Assembly (NCBI GenBank): GCA_964502635.1 | Contig: CAZCXI010000003.1 | Coordinates: 1-53,991 of the forward strand | Length of the DNA stretch: 53,991 bases | Direction: 5' to 3' | Source of the DNA: an uncultured Desulfobacterales bacterium | Lineage (GTDB): Bacteria; Desulfobacterota; Desulfobacteria; Desulfobacterales; C00003060 | In this document: piece by piece, positions 37,569 through 47,300 of the stretch | How the letters are laid out: each line of letters begins with the position of its first letter | Position numbering within the stretch: position 1 is the stretch's first letter | Made by a program: the position numbers and the translations under genes | The notes under the pieces: model-generated | The model's database searches: none | What the model saw: the letters and a program-made list of their open reading frames with translations, nothing else | Told to the model about the DNA's origin: nothing

Positions 37569-38717
37569 ATGCTGGATTATCTGAGGCGTGCTTATCAACA
37601 ATTCGGTGCTGGTATCCTCTCCGATTGGCGGGCCTTCTACCCGGTTCTCATCAAAGCGGTTCTTGTGGTGTTAGCCGCAGTCGTGGTTTGGGTTTTTTTT
37701 AAACGGGTCATGAAAAGGGTTCGAAAAAGAGCCTGGAAGTATGAATTTGTCCGTGCGCACGATGAGATCTTCAGCTTGATCCAAAAGGCCGTTTCCTACG
37801 CACTGGTCTTTGTCAGCGGCATCTATATGGTCAATCTGTTCAAGATACCCATTTTGGAAAAGGTCTTTTATGCCGCCCTCATCATCCTTTTGGCCTTGCC
37901 GGTAAAGGATTTTACGTTGCTCGTCCTCGGATATGCCGAGGACAACCTGGTCAAGAAGACCCAAAGCAAGGTGGACGACGTCGTCTTTGACCTTCTGAAC
38001 AAATTTTCGGGCATTATCATCTTTGCCGTTGCCATCTTGCTTGCCCTCGACGTGCTGGGCATTAATGTGGTCCCCTTTGTTGCCGGGGCCGGCGTGGTCG
38101 GTATTGCCGTGGGCTTTGCAGCCAAGGACACCTTGTCGAATCTCATAGCGGGCGTCCTGCTTATCATGGACCGGCCCTTTGAAGTAGGAGACCGGATCGA
38201 GGTATGGTCTGCTCCGAAGAATTCAGCGACCTGGGGGGACGTGATCGATATCGGCCTGCGGGCCACGAAAATCAAGACCACAGACAACATTGTCATTATC
38301 ATTCCCAACAATGAGATTATGATGCGCGATATCGTCAACTATACGACGATCTCAGAGGATATCCGTGTCCGAATTGCCATCGGTGTGTCTTATGATACGG
38401 ACATCAGCAAGGCCAAGGCTGTTATACTGGAGGTTGCCAAGACCCCGGAGTGGGTGGTAAAAGATCCACCGCCCGTCATAGTGGTCAAGGCATTCGGGGA
38501 GTCCTCAGTGGATCTCGAGCTGAGGGTGTGGATCAAGAACGCCAGACGGCGGATACACACCATATCCTACGTCACGGACAAGGTCAAAGAGGCCTTTGAC
38601 AGGGAGGGGATCGAAATCCCATATCCTAAACGGGACATCACCATAACGCACACGGACCAAGAGGAGGTCACCGAGAAAGGGCGGAAAAGGAGGTATCGTG
38701 AGTCAGTCCCCAACTGA
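37569..38717 (+). CDS. MscS-family mechanosensitive channel
   Basis: TM helices, AGAGVVGIAVGFAAKDTLSNLIAG, DRPFEVGDRI and GIEIPYP. Confidence 0.93.
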   Translation: MLDYLRRAYQQFGAGILSDWRAFYPVLIKAVLVVLAAVVVWVFFKRVMKRVRKRAWKYEFVRAHDEIFSLIQKAVSYALVFVSGIYMVNLFKIPILEKVFYAALIILLALPVKDFTLLVLGYAEDNLVKKTQSKVDDVVFDLLNKFSGIIIFAVAILLALDVLGINVVPFVAGAGVVGIAVGFAAKDTLSNLIAGVLLIMDRPFEVGDRIEVWSAPKNSATWGDVIDIGLRATKIKTTDNIVIIIPNNEIMMRDIVNYTTISEDIRVRIAIGVSYDTDISKAKAVILEVAKTPEWVVKDPPPVIVVKAFGESSVDLELRVWIKNARRRIHTISYVTDKVKEAFDREGIEIPYPKRDITITHTDQEEVTEKGRKRRYRESVPN

Positions 38718-39624
38718 TAAGAATGGAGAGGATGACATTTCTTTGGACAGGGATATCCAGATCAACGGAGAACATCCTGATTCCTTGTATGAAGACGAAG
38801 TGCGGGATTTGCGGCGGGATTCGGACATTCACAGATTGAGTCGTCGAGTCACGATCCTGTTCGTATTGATTCCGTGCCTGCTATGCGCCATTTTTGTATT
38901 TGGCTATCTGCAAGTTCGGAAAAGGTTGAGCCAGCTGCAGACTGCGGGATCTAGGGAGGTGCAAACGCTGTCTAAAGATATTCTCAATAAGGCGGCGTCT
39001 CTATCAGACCAGTATGTGAAGCTTGAAAAGACGTCGGCTGCGATCCAGGATCGCGTGGAAAAGGTGGAAGGGAACGTCAAGAAGTTAAACACATCAAAAG
39101 CAGATAAGAAGGCCTCAGAAATGGCCGACAAGAAACGTTCTGCAGAGGTTGCCAAGACTTTTGCAGCGTTGCAAGAAGATGTGGCTCAGCAGAAGGCCTC
39201 TCTTGATGCGTTAGTAAAAGATCTGAACCAAAGACTGGATGATACGCTCACGGCTCTGCGCACCGATCTCAAAGCGCAGAAAAAGGAAATAGCCAAGGCT
39301 GTTCAAGTCACCAAGAATATACAGAATAAAGCCCAAGAGCAAGAATCAGCGATCAGGCGTCTGTCAGAGGGCAAGGTGGACAAAGAAGCATTGCAGAGTT
39401 TCCTTGAGAACGACCGGGTGAGAATGGCCCTATTAGAGAAGAGAATAAAGACTCTTGTGGAAGAGGTCTTGTGGTTGGAAAATCGACTTAAAATGACTGG
39501 GAAAATGGGTGAAACTCTTGAAACCCCAAGCCCCAAACCGGACGAACCACCTGTGGCAGGAACCACGGGCACCTCGCCCCCTCCGGAAGCCGGCAAGATC
39601 ATAGAACAGGAGATCAGCAAATAG
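38698..39624 (+). CDS. Membrane-anchored coiled-coil hypothetical protein
   Basis: Single TM segment followed by a long heptad-rich region and a Pro-rich tail. Confidence 0.75.
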   Translation: MSQSPTDKNGEDDISLDRDIQINGEHPDSLYEDEVRDLRRDSDIHRLSRRVTILFVLIPCLLCAIFVFGYLQVRKRLSQLQTAGSREVQTLSKDILNKAASLSDQYVKLEKTSAAIQDRVEKVEGNVKKLNTSKADKKASEMADKKRSAEVAKTFAALQEDVAQQKASLDALVKDLNQRLDDTLTALRTDLKAQKKEIAKAVQVTKNIQNKAQEQESAIRRLSEGKVDKEALQSFLENDRVRMALLEKRIKTLVEEVLWLENRLKMTGKMGETLETPSPKPDEPPVAGTTGTSPPPEAGKIIEQEISK

Positions 39625-39898
39625 AAGATGGTCGAGACGACTGCCCTCCAGACGAGCCCTTTGCATAACCTCGTCTCGCTCTTTGGCCTTTGAAATCCCT
39701 TCTTACTTATTCCTGTGAACCCCTTAACCCATCTACGAACCAATGGGTTTGAGGGGCATCATGAAGCTGAGGGCAAGAATCCCTTCTAGAAATGATGCAC
39801 CCACCGCAGATTCAACCGGTACCCTTCCGGTCGATTCTCAGCTTAATGCGTACGCTCAATTTCTCGCTCAATTAAGGCGGAAGTTATCTATCTTTAGC

Positions 39899-39927
39899 AG
39901 TCCCCCGGCAGAGGTGGTGGTTTACCC
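39899..39927 (-). repeat. Solitary IS200-like end, homologous to 25153-25181
   Basis: AGTCCCCCGGCAGAGGTGGTGGTTTACCC versus AGTCCCCCGGCATAGCCGGGGGTTTACCC (reverse complement of 25153-25181). Confidence 0.55.
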
Positions 39928-39980
39928 GTGATTATTAGCATCAAAGGGAGACGGCAGCAGTGAGTTTACCCTCAAACGAA

Positions 39981-40895
39981 TCAGAAGATCTTTGTGAGAA
40001 TTAGCCATGTTCTGTTCCCTTCTGGGCGACCTAGCGGGAGCGGTGTAACGCCTCCGCCTTCAGTCGAGAACTCAAACTCGGACCTGAGAGAAACAAAAAG
40101 CTTCATAGGTGGAATAAACACGGATACTTCTGGCCCAATTGCGTAACCGCGGTCTTTATCAGAACTCGATCCGCTTCCACTGTCTTCAGTGACCTGCCAT
40201 TGGCAATACCCGACCACACCAACATCCCAAACCTGTGCAAGTGTCTTGGCGACTCCCCACTCAAAATGGAAGTCGTCACCAGGCTCTATATTCGTATCAT
40301 CATAGTCACTGTGGTGAATTTCATACCGGCCAAGTATTGATGCCGACCATGTTTTTGCTTCATCAAAATAATAGGTTCCGCCCAAAGTGAACATCGTCGT
40401 GTACATATTTTCACCGGGATCAGCAGGCTCGTCATCATCGCCCGTCGGCAGAAAAAGGGCAACGGCTGTTGATGCGTCATAACGTGAGCCGTGCCAGGCC
40501 AAAACAAAGGGCTCGACTATAATATCTCCAAGATTCCACTGGCTATCGTCATAATTTAATGCTCCTACTTTAATGTCTTTATACCAAATCGGAATAAAAA
40601 GGTCGGCACCATAATTGGCCCCAAACAATTTGATGTCCTTAGATATCCAAAGGAATCTATGCGCGTTTACGAACATCTTGGCATCAAAATCAACGGGTAC
40701 TTCATCTCCGTCCGGGTCCATGACTTCATCGGCGGTAACATAAGCATTATACATCTTGTAATAAAAACCGGGTGGTGGCAAAGTTGCACATTTAAGTCCT
40801 TCAGCACCATTCGGATAGGATTCACCAAAAGCAACCCCAAACACGACTCCCACCAGACCTAAACTGATGAATGCTACGCTGATAAACTTTTTCAT
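39981..40895 (-). CDS. Outer-membrane beta-barrel of the SphA / phenol meta-pathway ('transporter') family
   Basis: Signal peptide, YPNGAEG, LPPPGFY, LGDIIVEP, FLPTG, PGDDFHFEWG and a C-terminal Phe. Confidence 0.82.
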   Translation of the reverse strand: MKKFISVAFISLGLVGVVFGVAFGESYPNGAEGLKCATLPPPGFYYKMYNAYVTADEVMDPDGDEVPVDFDAKMFVNAHRFLWISKDIKLFGANYGADLFIPIWYKDIKVGALNYDDSQWNLGDIIVEPFVLAWHGSRYDASTAVALFLPTGDDDEPADPGENMYTTMFTLGGTYYFDEAKTWSASILGRYEIHHSDYDDTNIEPGDDFHFEWGVAKTLAQVWDVGVVGYCQWQVTEDSGSGSSSDKDRGYAIGPEVSVFIPPMKLFVSLRSEFEFSTEGGGVTPLPLGRPEGNRTWLILTKIF

Positions 40896-41285
40896 ACAAT
40901 CCCCTCCTCTTAGTTAAATGATAAGTCAAATATTTTAGCTCATAGCAGCGCGCTATAAGCTATTATGAGCTCAGAGCTATCAGGGCTGACCCTCCCTGTT
41001 TAGATTGAGCTGTGACCCATCCTTTACACCCTTGTAGACGAACGCACTCCCTGCTTCTGCGGCGCAAGATCGAACCAAAAGTTTGGCTGGACGAAACCGC
41101 TGGTTGCAGAAAATACAGGAAATGTTTGGGGGCCTTTAACACCATCAGCCGGGTTCTGTCAAGACACGATATGAAATTTTGACGGGAAGACAAATAGTTG
41201 ATGGGGGGCACCGCTCTTGAGACCGGATGGACGCCATGCTCGGCATGACAGACGGACCGTCGATGCGTTTGTCCACGCCAGGAAA

Positions 41286-41774
41286 TCACAGGAACAAGGC
41301 TATCAGACTCAGGGCTATACCAGACCAAAAAATGCCGTCTTTCCAGGCCAGGAATTTGCTGGTCAGATAGGCTTTTTCGATCTTTGACTTCAACCCGAAG
41401 AACTTCGCGCTCAGGGGGGGCTCATTGGACAAAGACACCTCTAACTCAAGATATGGATCCCACTGCGCACCTTCGGGCGTCTCTACCACGTCCACTCCCT
41501 GACTCAAGGTCTTGATGCCTGTGATTTCGCGACTTATCGTCGCCTCAAAGTACCCCTTGAGTATCTCGGAAATCTCCCGGAACCCGTCATCCTTTTGTTT
41601 TAGAACAGCGTTTTTTTCCTGTATGCGTTTGAGTGCGGACACTGCCGTTGCGTACTTTGGGGCAACAATCCGGTAAACCCATGGATGACGATCCGCATTG
41701 CCGAGCACCCATCCGACGATGATCAGACATACCCCCAGTACCCCAACGTAATGCTTGACCTTGAATCGTATCAT
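41286..41774 (-). CDS. Hypothetical membrane protein (N- and C-terminal TM)
   Basis: 162-aa ORF with RBS AGGAG. Confidence 0.7.
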   Translation of the reverse strand: MIRFKVKHYVGVLGVCLIIVGWVLGNADRHPWVYRIVAPKYATAVSALKRIQEKNAVLKQKDDGFREISEILKGYFEATISREITGIKTLSQGVDVVETPEGAQWDPYLELEVSLSNEPPLSAKFFGLKSKIEKAYLTSKFLAWKDGIFWSGIALSLIALFL

Positions 41775-41814
41775 TCTGATCTCCTATGCAGACGGCTTTT
41801 TAGGATCAGGACTC

Positions 41815-42735
41815 TTAATCATTGTCGCCGTTGATGAGGGCGCCGAGGCCGCCCAGGATAGACCCTTCGCCCTTCCGCCCGCCACCGGCTGAAGGGGCAT
41901 GTTGCAGAATACGGTCTGCCATGCGAGAAAACGGAAGGCTCTGAAGAAGCACGGTCCCGGTGCCACGCAAGGTTGCAAGAAACAGTCCCTCCCCGCCGAA
42001 AAACATGGACTTGAGACTGCCCGCGCGTTCAATGTCGTAATCGATGCCCGGTGTGAAGGCTACGATGCAACCCGTGTCGACGCGAAAGAATTCGTTGTTG
42101 AGCTCTTTTTTAATAACCGTACCACCCGCATGGACAAAAGCCATGCCATCGCCTCGGAGACGCTGGAGGATGAATCCCTCTCCACCGAAGAAACCCGTGC
42201 CCAGGCGTTTTGTAAAGGCAATACCTACTTCCGTGCCGTAAGCCGCGCACAGGAAGGCATCTTTCTGGCAAAGGAGTTCTCCCGTGACCTTGGACATGTC
42301 GATGGGGATGATCTTTCCCGGATAGGGTGCTGCGAATGCGACATGCTTCTTTCCATGTCCCCTGTTTGTAAAGTGGGTCATGAAGATAGATTCCCCTGTG
42401 AGGACTCGCTTACCCACACTCATGAGCTTGCCGAAGACTCCCTCGTCTGGTTTGGAGCCATCGCCCATTTTGGCCTCGAAGGTGATACCATCGTCCATGT
42501 AATTCATGGCGCCGGCCTCGGCAATGACCGTCTCACCGGGGTCGAGCTCTATTTCCACGATTTGAATATCATCCCCGATGACCTTGTAATCAACTTCATG
42601 GCATTGCATGGTCTGTCGCCTGCCTGTTTTCTCCTCAACTGAATCGTACTTGGCAAAGACGATGCCACATCTCACACACTCGTGAGATGACACATCCCTG
42701 GGCTGTCCGCATTTGGGGCACTTCGTTTCATCCAT
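41815..42735 (-). CDS. TIGR00266/AIM24-family protein with N-terminal zinc ribbon
   Basis: CPKCG...ECVRCGIVF, then [44 protein letters not shown] and QSLPFSR. Confidence 0.9.
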   Translation of the reverse strand: MDETKCPKCGQPRDVSSHECVRCGIVFAKYDSVEEKTGRRQTMQCHEVDYKVIGDDIQIVEIELDPGETVIAEAGAMNYMDDGITFEAKMGDGSKPDEGVFGKLMSVGKRVLTGESIFMTHFTNRGHGKKHVAFAAPYPGKIIPIDMSKVTGELLCQKDAFLCAAYGTEVGIAFTKRLGTGFFGGEGFILQRLRGDGMAFVHAGGTVIKKELNNEFFRVDTGCIVAFTPGIDYDIERAGSLKSMFFGGEGLFLATLRGTGTVLLQSLPFSRMADRILQHAPSAGGGRKGEGSILGGLGALINGDND

Positions 42736-42898
42736 GTGTTGTCCACCCTCTTTGTTACCACTCATGGGCCATTACTCCTTTCTGAATCGTTGTTCCTAAC
42801 GCAAATCCCATCGAGCTTTGCTGAAAACCTGGTTCTTGATTCCCATGTTGCATCAATGTGGACTGGCTTCCACAAAAAATCGTTCATAGCACGGTCGC

Positions 42899-43660
42899 TC
42901 AGAATGTCATTAGACGCTTTTCATAGATGACAACTCCGTCATACTCAAAGAGGGCATTCAAGTGGTGGAATAAGGCATGGCCCCCCTCCTCCTGCCAGGA
43001 CGCTTGAAGAGATGTGTTGACTTGTTGATAAAAGGCCTCGATATCCCGAACGGATGAAGGCTTCGTCCCTTTAGACATATCCCCGGCAATCTCGTTGATT
43101 AGATTAAGCCACATTTGACTGGCACCCATCATAAAATAGGGCCACGATTTTCGGATCGGCGATGACCAGTTGAGGTCACTCGTGTCCCCAATATCTGGCT
43201 GTCTGATCCGAGTTGTGTCATCGTAAGAATCCCTGATGATCAAACCAGCCCTTTTCATGGCTTCCAAGCGTGTATCTGACTGGATAGCATGATAGATTTC
43301 GCGTGCCGTCTCCGGAGAAGCATAGAAAATGAAACTGAATTGATGCCCTGTTTCGTCTCGCACGGCCCTTCGGTGAAATCGCCACAGGCGAATATTATCT
43401 TTGTGTTGAGACAACACAGGCGACACAATCTCGCGGGCAATAAACAACCCCATGTGCCAGGACGGCTCCTTATCTTCCGGCCATTTTATGCTAAAGCGGG
43501 CGTGCCACCAACCATTTTCAGAACTCTCCACTTTCTCCTTTAAAGGCTTGGGGTGTGGCAAAGCCATGGGCCCGACGGACGCGCAACCGGCCATCGCTAT
43601 CATCAATGACGCCATAAGGGCCAACGAATACTCACGGACTTTCAAGTAAAACATGTGCAC
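42899..43660 (-). CDS. Hypothetical lipoprotein
   Basis: Lipobox MAGC; Trp-rich domain (GWWHARF, LWRFHRRA, GHQFSFIFY, HALFHHLNA). Confidence 0.75.
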   Translation of the reverse strand: MHMFYLKVREYSLALMASLMIAMAGCASVGPMALPHPKPLKEKVESSENGWWHARFSIKWPEDKEPSWHMGLFIAREIVSPVLSQHKDNIRLWRFHRRAVRDETGHQFSFIFYASPETAREIYHAIQSDTRLEAMKRAGLIIRDSYDDTTRIRQPDIGDTSDLNWSSPIRKSWPYFMMGASQMWLNLINEIAGDMSKGTKPSSVRDIEAFYQQVNTSLQASWQEEGGHALFHHLNALFEYDGVVIYEKRLMTF

Positions 43661-43729
43661 CCTCTCCCGACTAGAAAATAGAATGAGCTTGTTGAGTCAA
43701 ACGATTGGTAACGTTTAAACATCAAACGA

Positions 43730-43864
43730 TACCCCATGCCGTACGAATTTTCCAGGTGGTGTCCAAATTGGCTGGTTACGCAGGCAGCCCAACGGAGAGT
43801 CCGGCGGCTGGAGGACGCGTTGCCTTCGGTTCAGCCAGTGTCAGGACTCCCGGCTGAGGGAAGT
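43730..43864 (-). promoter_or_regulatory. Candidate structured 5' leader RNA
   Basis: GC-rich island: TCAGCCGG/CTGGCTGA stem whose loop GAGTCC is complementary to downstream GGACTC. A sigma-70-like TTGCCT...TATACT lies immediately upstream. Confidence 0.4.
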
Positions 43865-43978
43865 ATATATCGCACGCAGAGGCAAAGGCAAGGTTGGGTT
43901 TCATTTCCAACGGGGTGATGAGTGCCATTATAGAGAAAATATTTTCGGTTCTTCTCTAAAAGAGTTGGTGGGATTATC

Positions 43979-44018
43979 AGGATTCAAGGATTCAAGGATT
44001 CGAGGGTTCAAGGGTTCG
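43979..44018 (+). repeat. Tandem 8-bp repeat AGGRTTCR x5; inverted counterpart x4 at 44178-44209
   Basis: AGGATTCA AGGATTCA AGGATTCG AGGGTTCA AGGGTTCG versus CGACCCCT TGAATCCT TGACCCCT CGAACCCT. Confidence 0.9.
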
Positions 44019-44024
44019 AGTAAA

Positions 44025-44177
44025 CTGCTTAACAATTATAAACAATTGGTAAAGGTTTGAGAAAGGTCCTATCACCTATATTTAGAAATTTACAGAATAA
44101 CAAGACGATCCCGTAATGAAAGACGCGGGCCAAGATCACAAATAGGGAGGTGTGAAATCGTTAGAAAGAAAAGCACT
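44025..44177 (+). pseudogene. Decayed four-helix-bundle (23S rRNA IVS-protein family) gene
   Basis: LLNNYKQLVKV*ERSYHLYLEIYRITRRSRNERRGPRSQIGR resembles the family N-terminus (Y.DL.VWQKS..L..EIY..T..FP.EE.YGL.SQIRR), then jumps to a C-terminal-like KSLERK. Confidence 0.65.
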
Positions 44178-44297
44178 CGACCCCTTGAATCCTTGACCCC
44201 TCGAACCCTTTGCATCAATTAATCGGGAGAAGAACCATATTTTCAAAGGCCTCAATGTTACGTAGAAAGGAACTACGAGCCGACACGGCTGGATTGT

Positions 44298-44313
44298 TGG
44301 CACAATAGTTGCT
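44298..44313 (+). promoter_or_regulatory. Sigma-54 (-24/-12) promoter of the formate dehydrogenase gene
   Basis: TGGCAC-AATAG-TTGCT, consensus match about 55 nt before the start codon. Confidence 0.78.
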
Positions 44314-44367
44314 CCAACTGCTCGTTGCGCGGCTCAGTCAGGAGCCGGCAAGCGGGGGAAAATCGCA

Positions 44368-47300
44368 GTGTCAAACAAGATACAACTGAAAATCGATCAT
44401 CAAATCACCCAGGTTGAACCGGGTACGAGTCTGCTCGATGCGTCGTCGCGCGCGGGCATCCCTATTCCGAGTCTGTGTCAGCATGGTGAACATCCCTGCC
44501 GGATGTGCGTGGTTGAGATTGCCGACAGAAAGGATCTGCTGCGGGCCTGTGCCACACCGGCAGAAGAGGGCATGGTGGTGTCCACCCAGAGTGATCGTGT
44601 TCGGGCACACCGCAGACACATCCTGGAACTCCAGCTTTCCCGTCACTATGGAGACTGCATCTCGCCGTGTTCATTGACCTGTCCGGCCCATATCAATGTC
44701 CAGGGATACGTCGGTCTCATCGCCCGGGGCAGGTATCTTGAGGCGCTCAGGCTCATCAAGGAGAAGAACCCCCTGCCGTTGTCCGTGGGAAGGGTCTGCC
44801 CGCATCCTTGTGAGGCCATGTGCCGGCGGATTCTGGTTGAAGAGCGGGTGCCTATCAACCACCTGAAGCGATTTGTTGCAGATCATTTTCTGGAGGCTCA
44901 AGAAACCGACATCTGCGAGCCTTGTCCAGACACGGGGCGTCACGTGGCGGTCATCGGTGGGGGACCCGCAGGGCTGTCAGCGGCCTACTATCTGGCCAGA
45001 AAGGGTCATGGAATAACCATTTTTGAGGGAATGCCGGAATTGGGCGGCATGCTGCGCTATGCCATCCCTGAGTATCGACTGCCGAAAAAGATCCTGGATC
45101 AGGAGATAAGAAACATCGTGGAAACGGGCAGTGGCATACAGGTCAGAACCGGCCGGCGACTGGGCAGGGATTTTACCGTGGAAGACTTGACCAAAGAAGG
45201 CTTTGAGGCCTTTTTTATCGCCACCGGTGCCTGGCAGACCAAGGACATCGGGATAGAAGGGGAAAATCTGGAAGGGGTCCTTCATGGACTGGAATTCCTA
45301 AAGCATGTACGCACCGCCACAGAGGTTCATCTGGGTAAAAGGGTGGCTGTGATCGGAGGGGGAAACTCGGCCCTGGATGTGGCCCGGACCTGTCTCAGGC
45401 TGGGGGCCGAAGACGTGACGATTGTTTATCGGCGCAGTCGTCTGGAGATGCCGGCCAGGGAGCAGGAGGTTCGGGAAACAGAGGCCGAGGGGGTGAAACT
45501 GTTTCTTGTCGCCGTTCCTTCCAGGATCACGAAAAAGGCCGGGCACCTGAAGCTTGAGGTGCTTCGAACCTGGCTGGGCGAACCGGACGAGAGTGGACGA
45601 CGGCGTCCTATCCCCCTTCCAGGCACTGAATTCGTGATTGAAGTCGACAATGTCATTGCAGCCATCGGCCAGGGCCCGGACCTGTCATTTATGTCTTCAG
45701 GAAGCAGGATCCGTGAACTGGCTGTATCCAGGAACACCCTGGTCGTTGACCCGGACACCTTTGAAACGAACACAACGGGTATTTTTGCCGCCGGCGATGC
45801 CGTGAGCGGCCCAAAGACGGTCATTCAGGCCATTGCGGCCGGCCGGAAGGCGGCTGATTCCATTCACGCTTACCTTTCAGGAAAACCGGTCACGCCCCGA
45901 AAAAAGGAGGTCCATGTCATCAAAGGGAAGAATCTTCATGACGTGGCCCTCAAGAATTTCGACGACATTCAGATCCAGCCAGCCGAGGAGATTCCGGAAC
46001 GTCCGCCTGACAGGCGGGTAAGAGACTTTTGCGAATATACCCTGGACTTTTCAGAAGATATGACCCGTCAAGAGGCACGACGATGTCTGGGCTGCGGCTG
46101 TAAGGCCTTGTCCAAGTGCGAACTCCGCAGGCTTGCCGCCGCCTATGATGTGGATCTTTCTGTCTTAGAAACGCCCAAAGCCCCCCGATATGAGACAGAC
46201 AACAGCCATCCCTTGATCATGATCGATTCGAACAAATGCATCTTTTGTCTGCGTTGCAAGACCCATTGTGAATACCAGGCCATGGAGGTCCGTGCCATGG
46301 AATTCGATGAGAACGATCTGCCTCTGGACCTGGAGATCAGGATAAACGAAAGATGCACCTCGTGCGGAAAGTGCGTAGACAGTTGCCCGACGGGCGCCCT
46401 GGTAAAAAAGTACGTGACGCTGCCCGTTGGTTCGGATGAGCTGAGACAGGTGCGCACCGTATGCGCCTATTGCGGCTGTGGGTGCAACCTGACATTCAAC
46501 GTAAAGGACAGGTCCCTGGTGGAGGTGACGTCTGATCCGAGGCATCCCCCGAATTTTGGCGACACCTGCGTCAAGGGCCGTTTCGGGTACGATTTTGTCC
46601 ATCATCCAAGGCGCCTCCGGACGCCCCTTGTGCGAAAAGGCGAGTATTTCGTTGAAACCGGGTGGGACGAGGCCCTTTCCCTGGTTTCACGGAAGTTTTT
46701 GGAATTCAAGGAGAGATATGGTCCCCAGGCTCTGGCCGGCTTGAGTTCCGCCAAATGTACCAATGAGGAAAACTATGTCTTTCAAAAATTCATGCGGGCG
46801 GTGATCGGAACCCATAACGTGGACCACTGTGCACGGCTTTGTCACGCCTCGACTGTGGCTGGGCTGGCCGCGGCGTTTGGCAGCGGGGCCATGACCAATT
46901 CTATGGACGATATAGAAAAGGCCCACGTGATCCTGCTGACCGGCAGCAACCCAACGGACAACCATCCGATCGTGGATCTCCATATCAGGCGGGCCGTAAC
47001 CCGCCGGGGGGCGAAACTCATCGTGGCAGACCCCCGGAACCTGGAAGTGGTGAAATACGCCGACGTGTGGGTTTGTCCCCGGCCGGGTACGGATGTGGCC
47101 TGGCTCAACGGTCTCATGCACGTGATCATCAAGGACGGGTTGTGGGACAAGTCTTATGTAAAAGAGAGAACAGAAGGGTTTGGCGCCCTGCGGGAAACCG
47201 TGGCAAAATACGACCCCGAATCCGTGGAAAGGATCACCGGCGTCCCGGCCAAGGATCTTGAGAAGGCTGCCCGCCTGTACGCAGGAGCCGAGGCGGCCAC

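Larger units (their letters stand above)
43947..44236. mobile_element. Family D MITE (290 bp), IS1595-like, with passenger remnant
   Basis: TIR GGTTCTTCTC/GAGAAGAACC (imperfect to about 24 bp) and a perfect 8-bp TSD ATATTTTC (43939-43946 and 44237-44244). Confidence 0.85.

Noticed and set aside
43730-43864. 6S RNA or a known riboswitch
   Set aside because: Only short motif resemblance, no long closing stem, and not in the usual 6S gene context; kept as an unassigned candidate.
44058-44060. Selenocysteine UGA in the four-helix-bundle remnant
   Set aside because: The codon aligns with a conserved Trp (TGG to TGA), and the ORF has lost its start and middle, so it is a pseudogene.
43979-44209. 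CRISPR-like array
   Set aside because: The units are 8-bp tandem repeats with no spacers and no cas genes; no CRISPR array was seen anywhere in the window.
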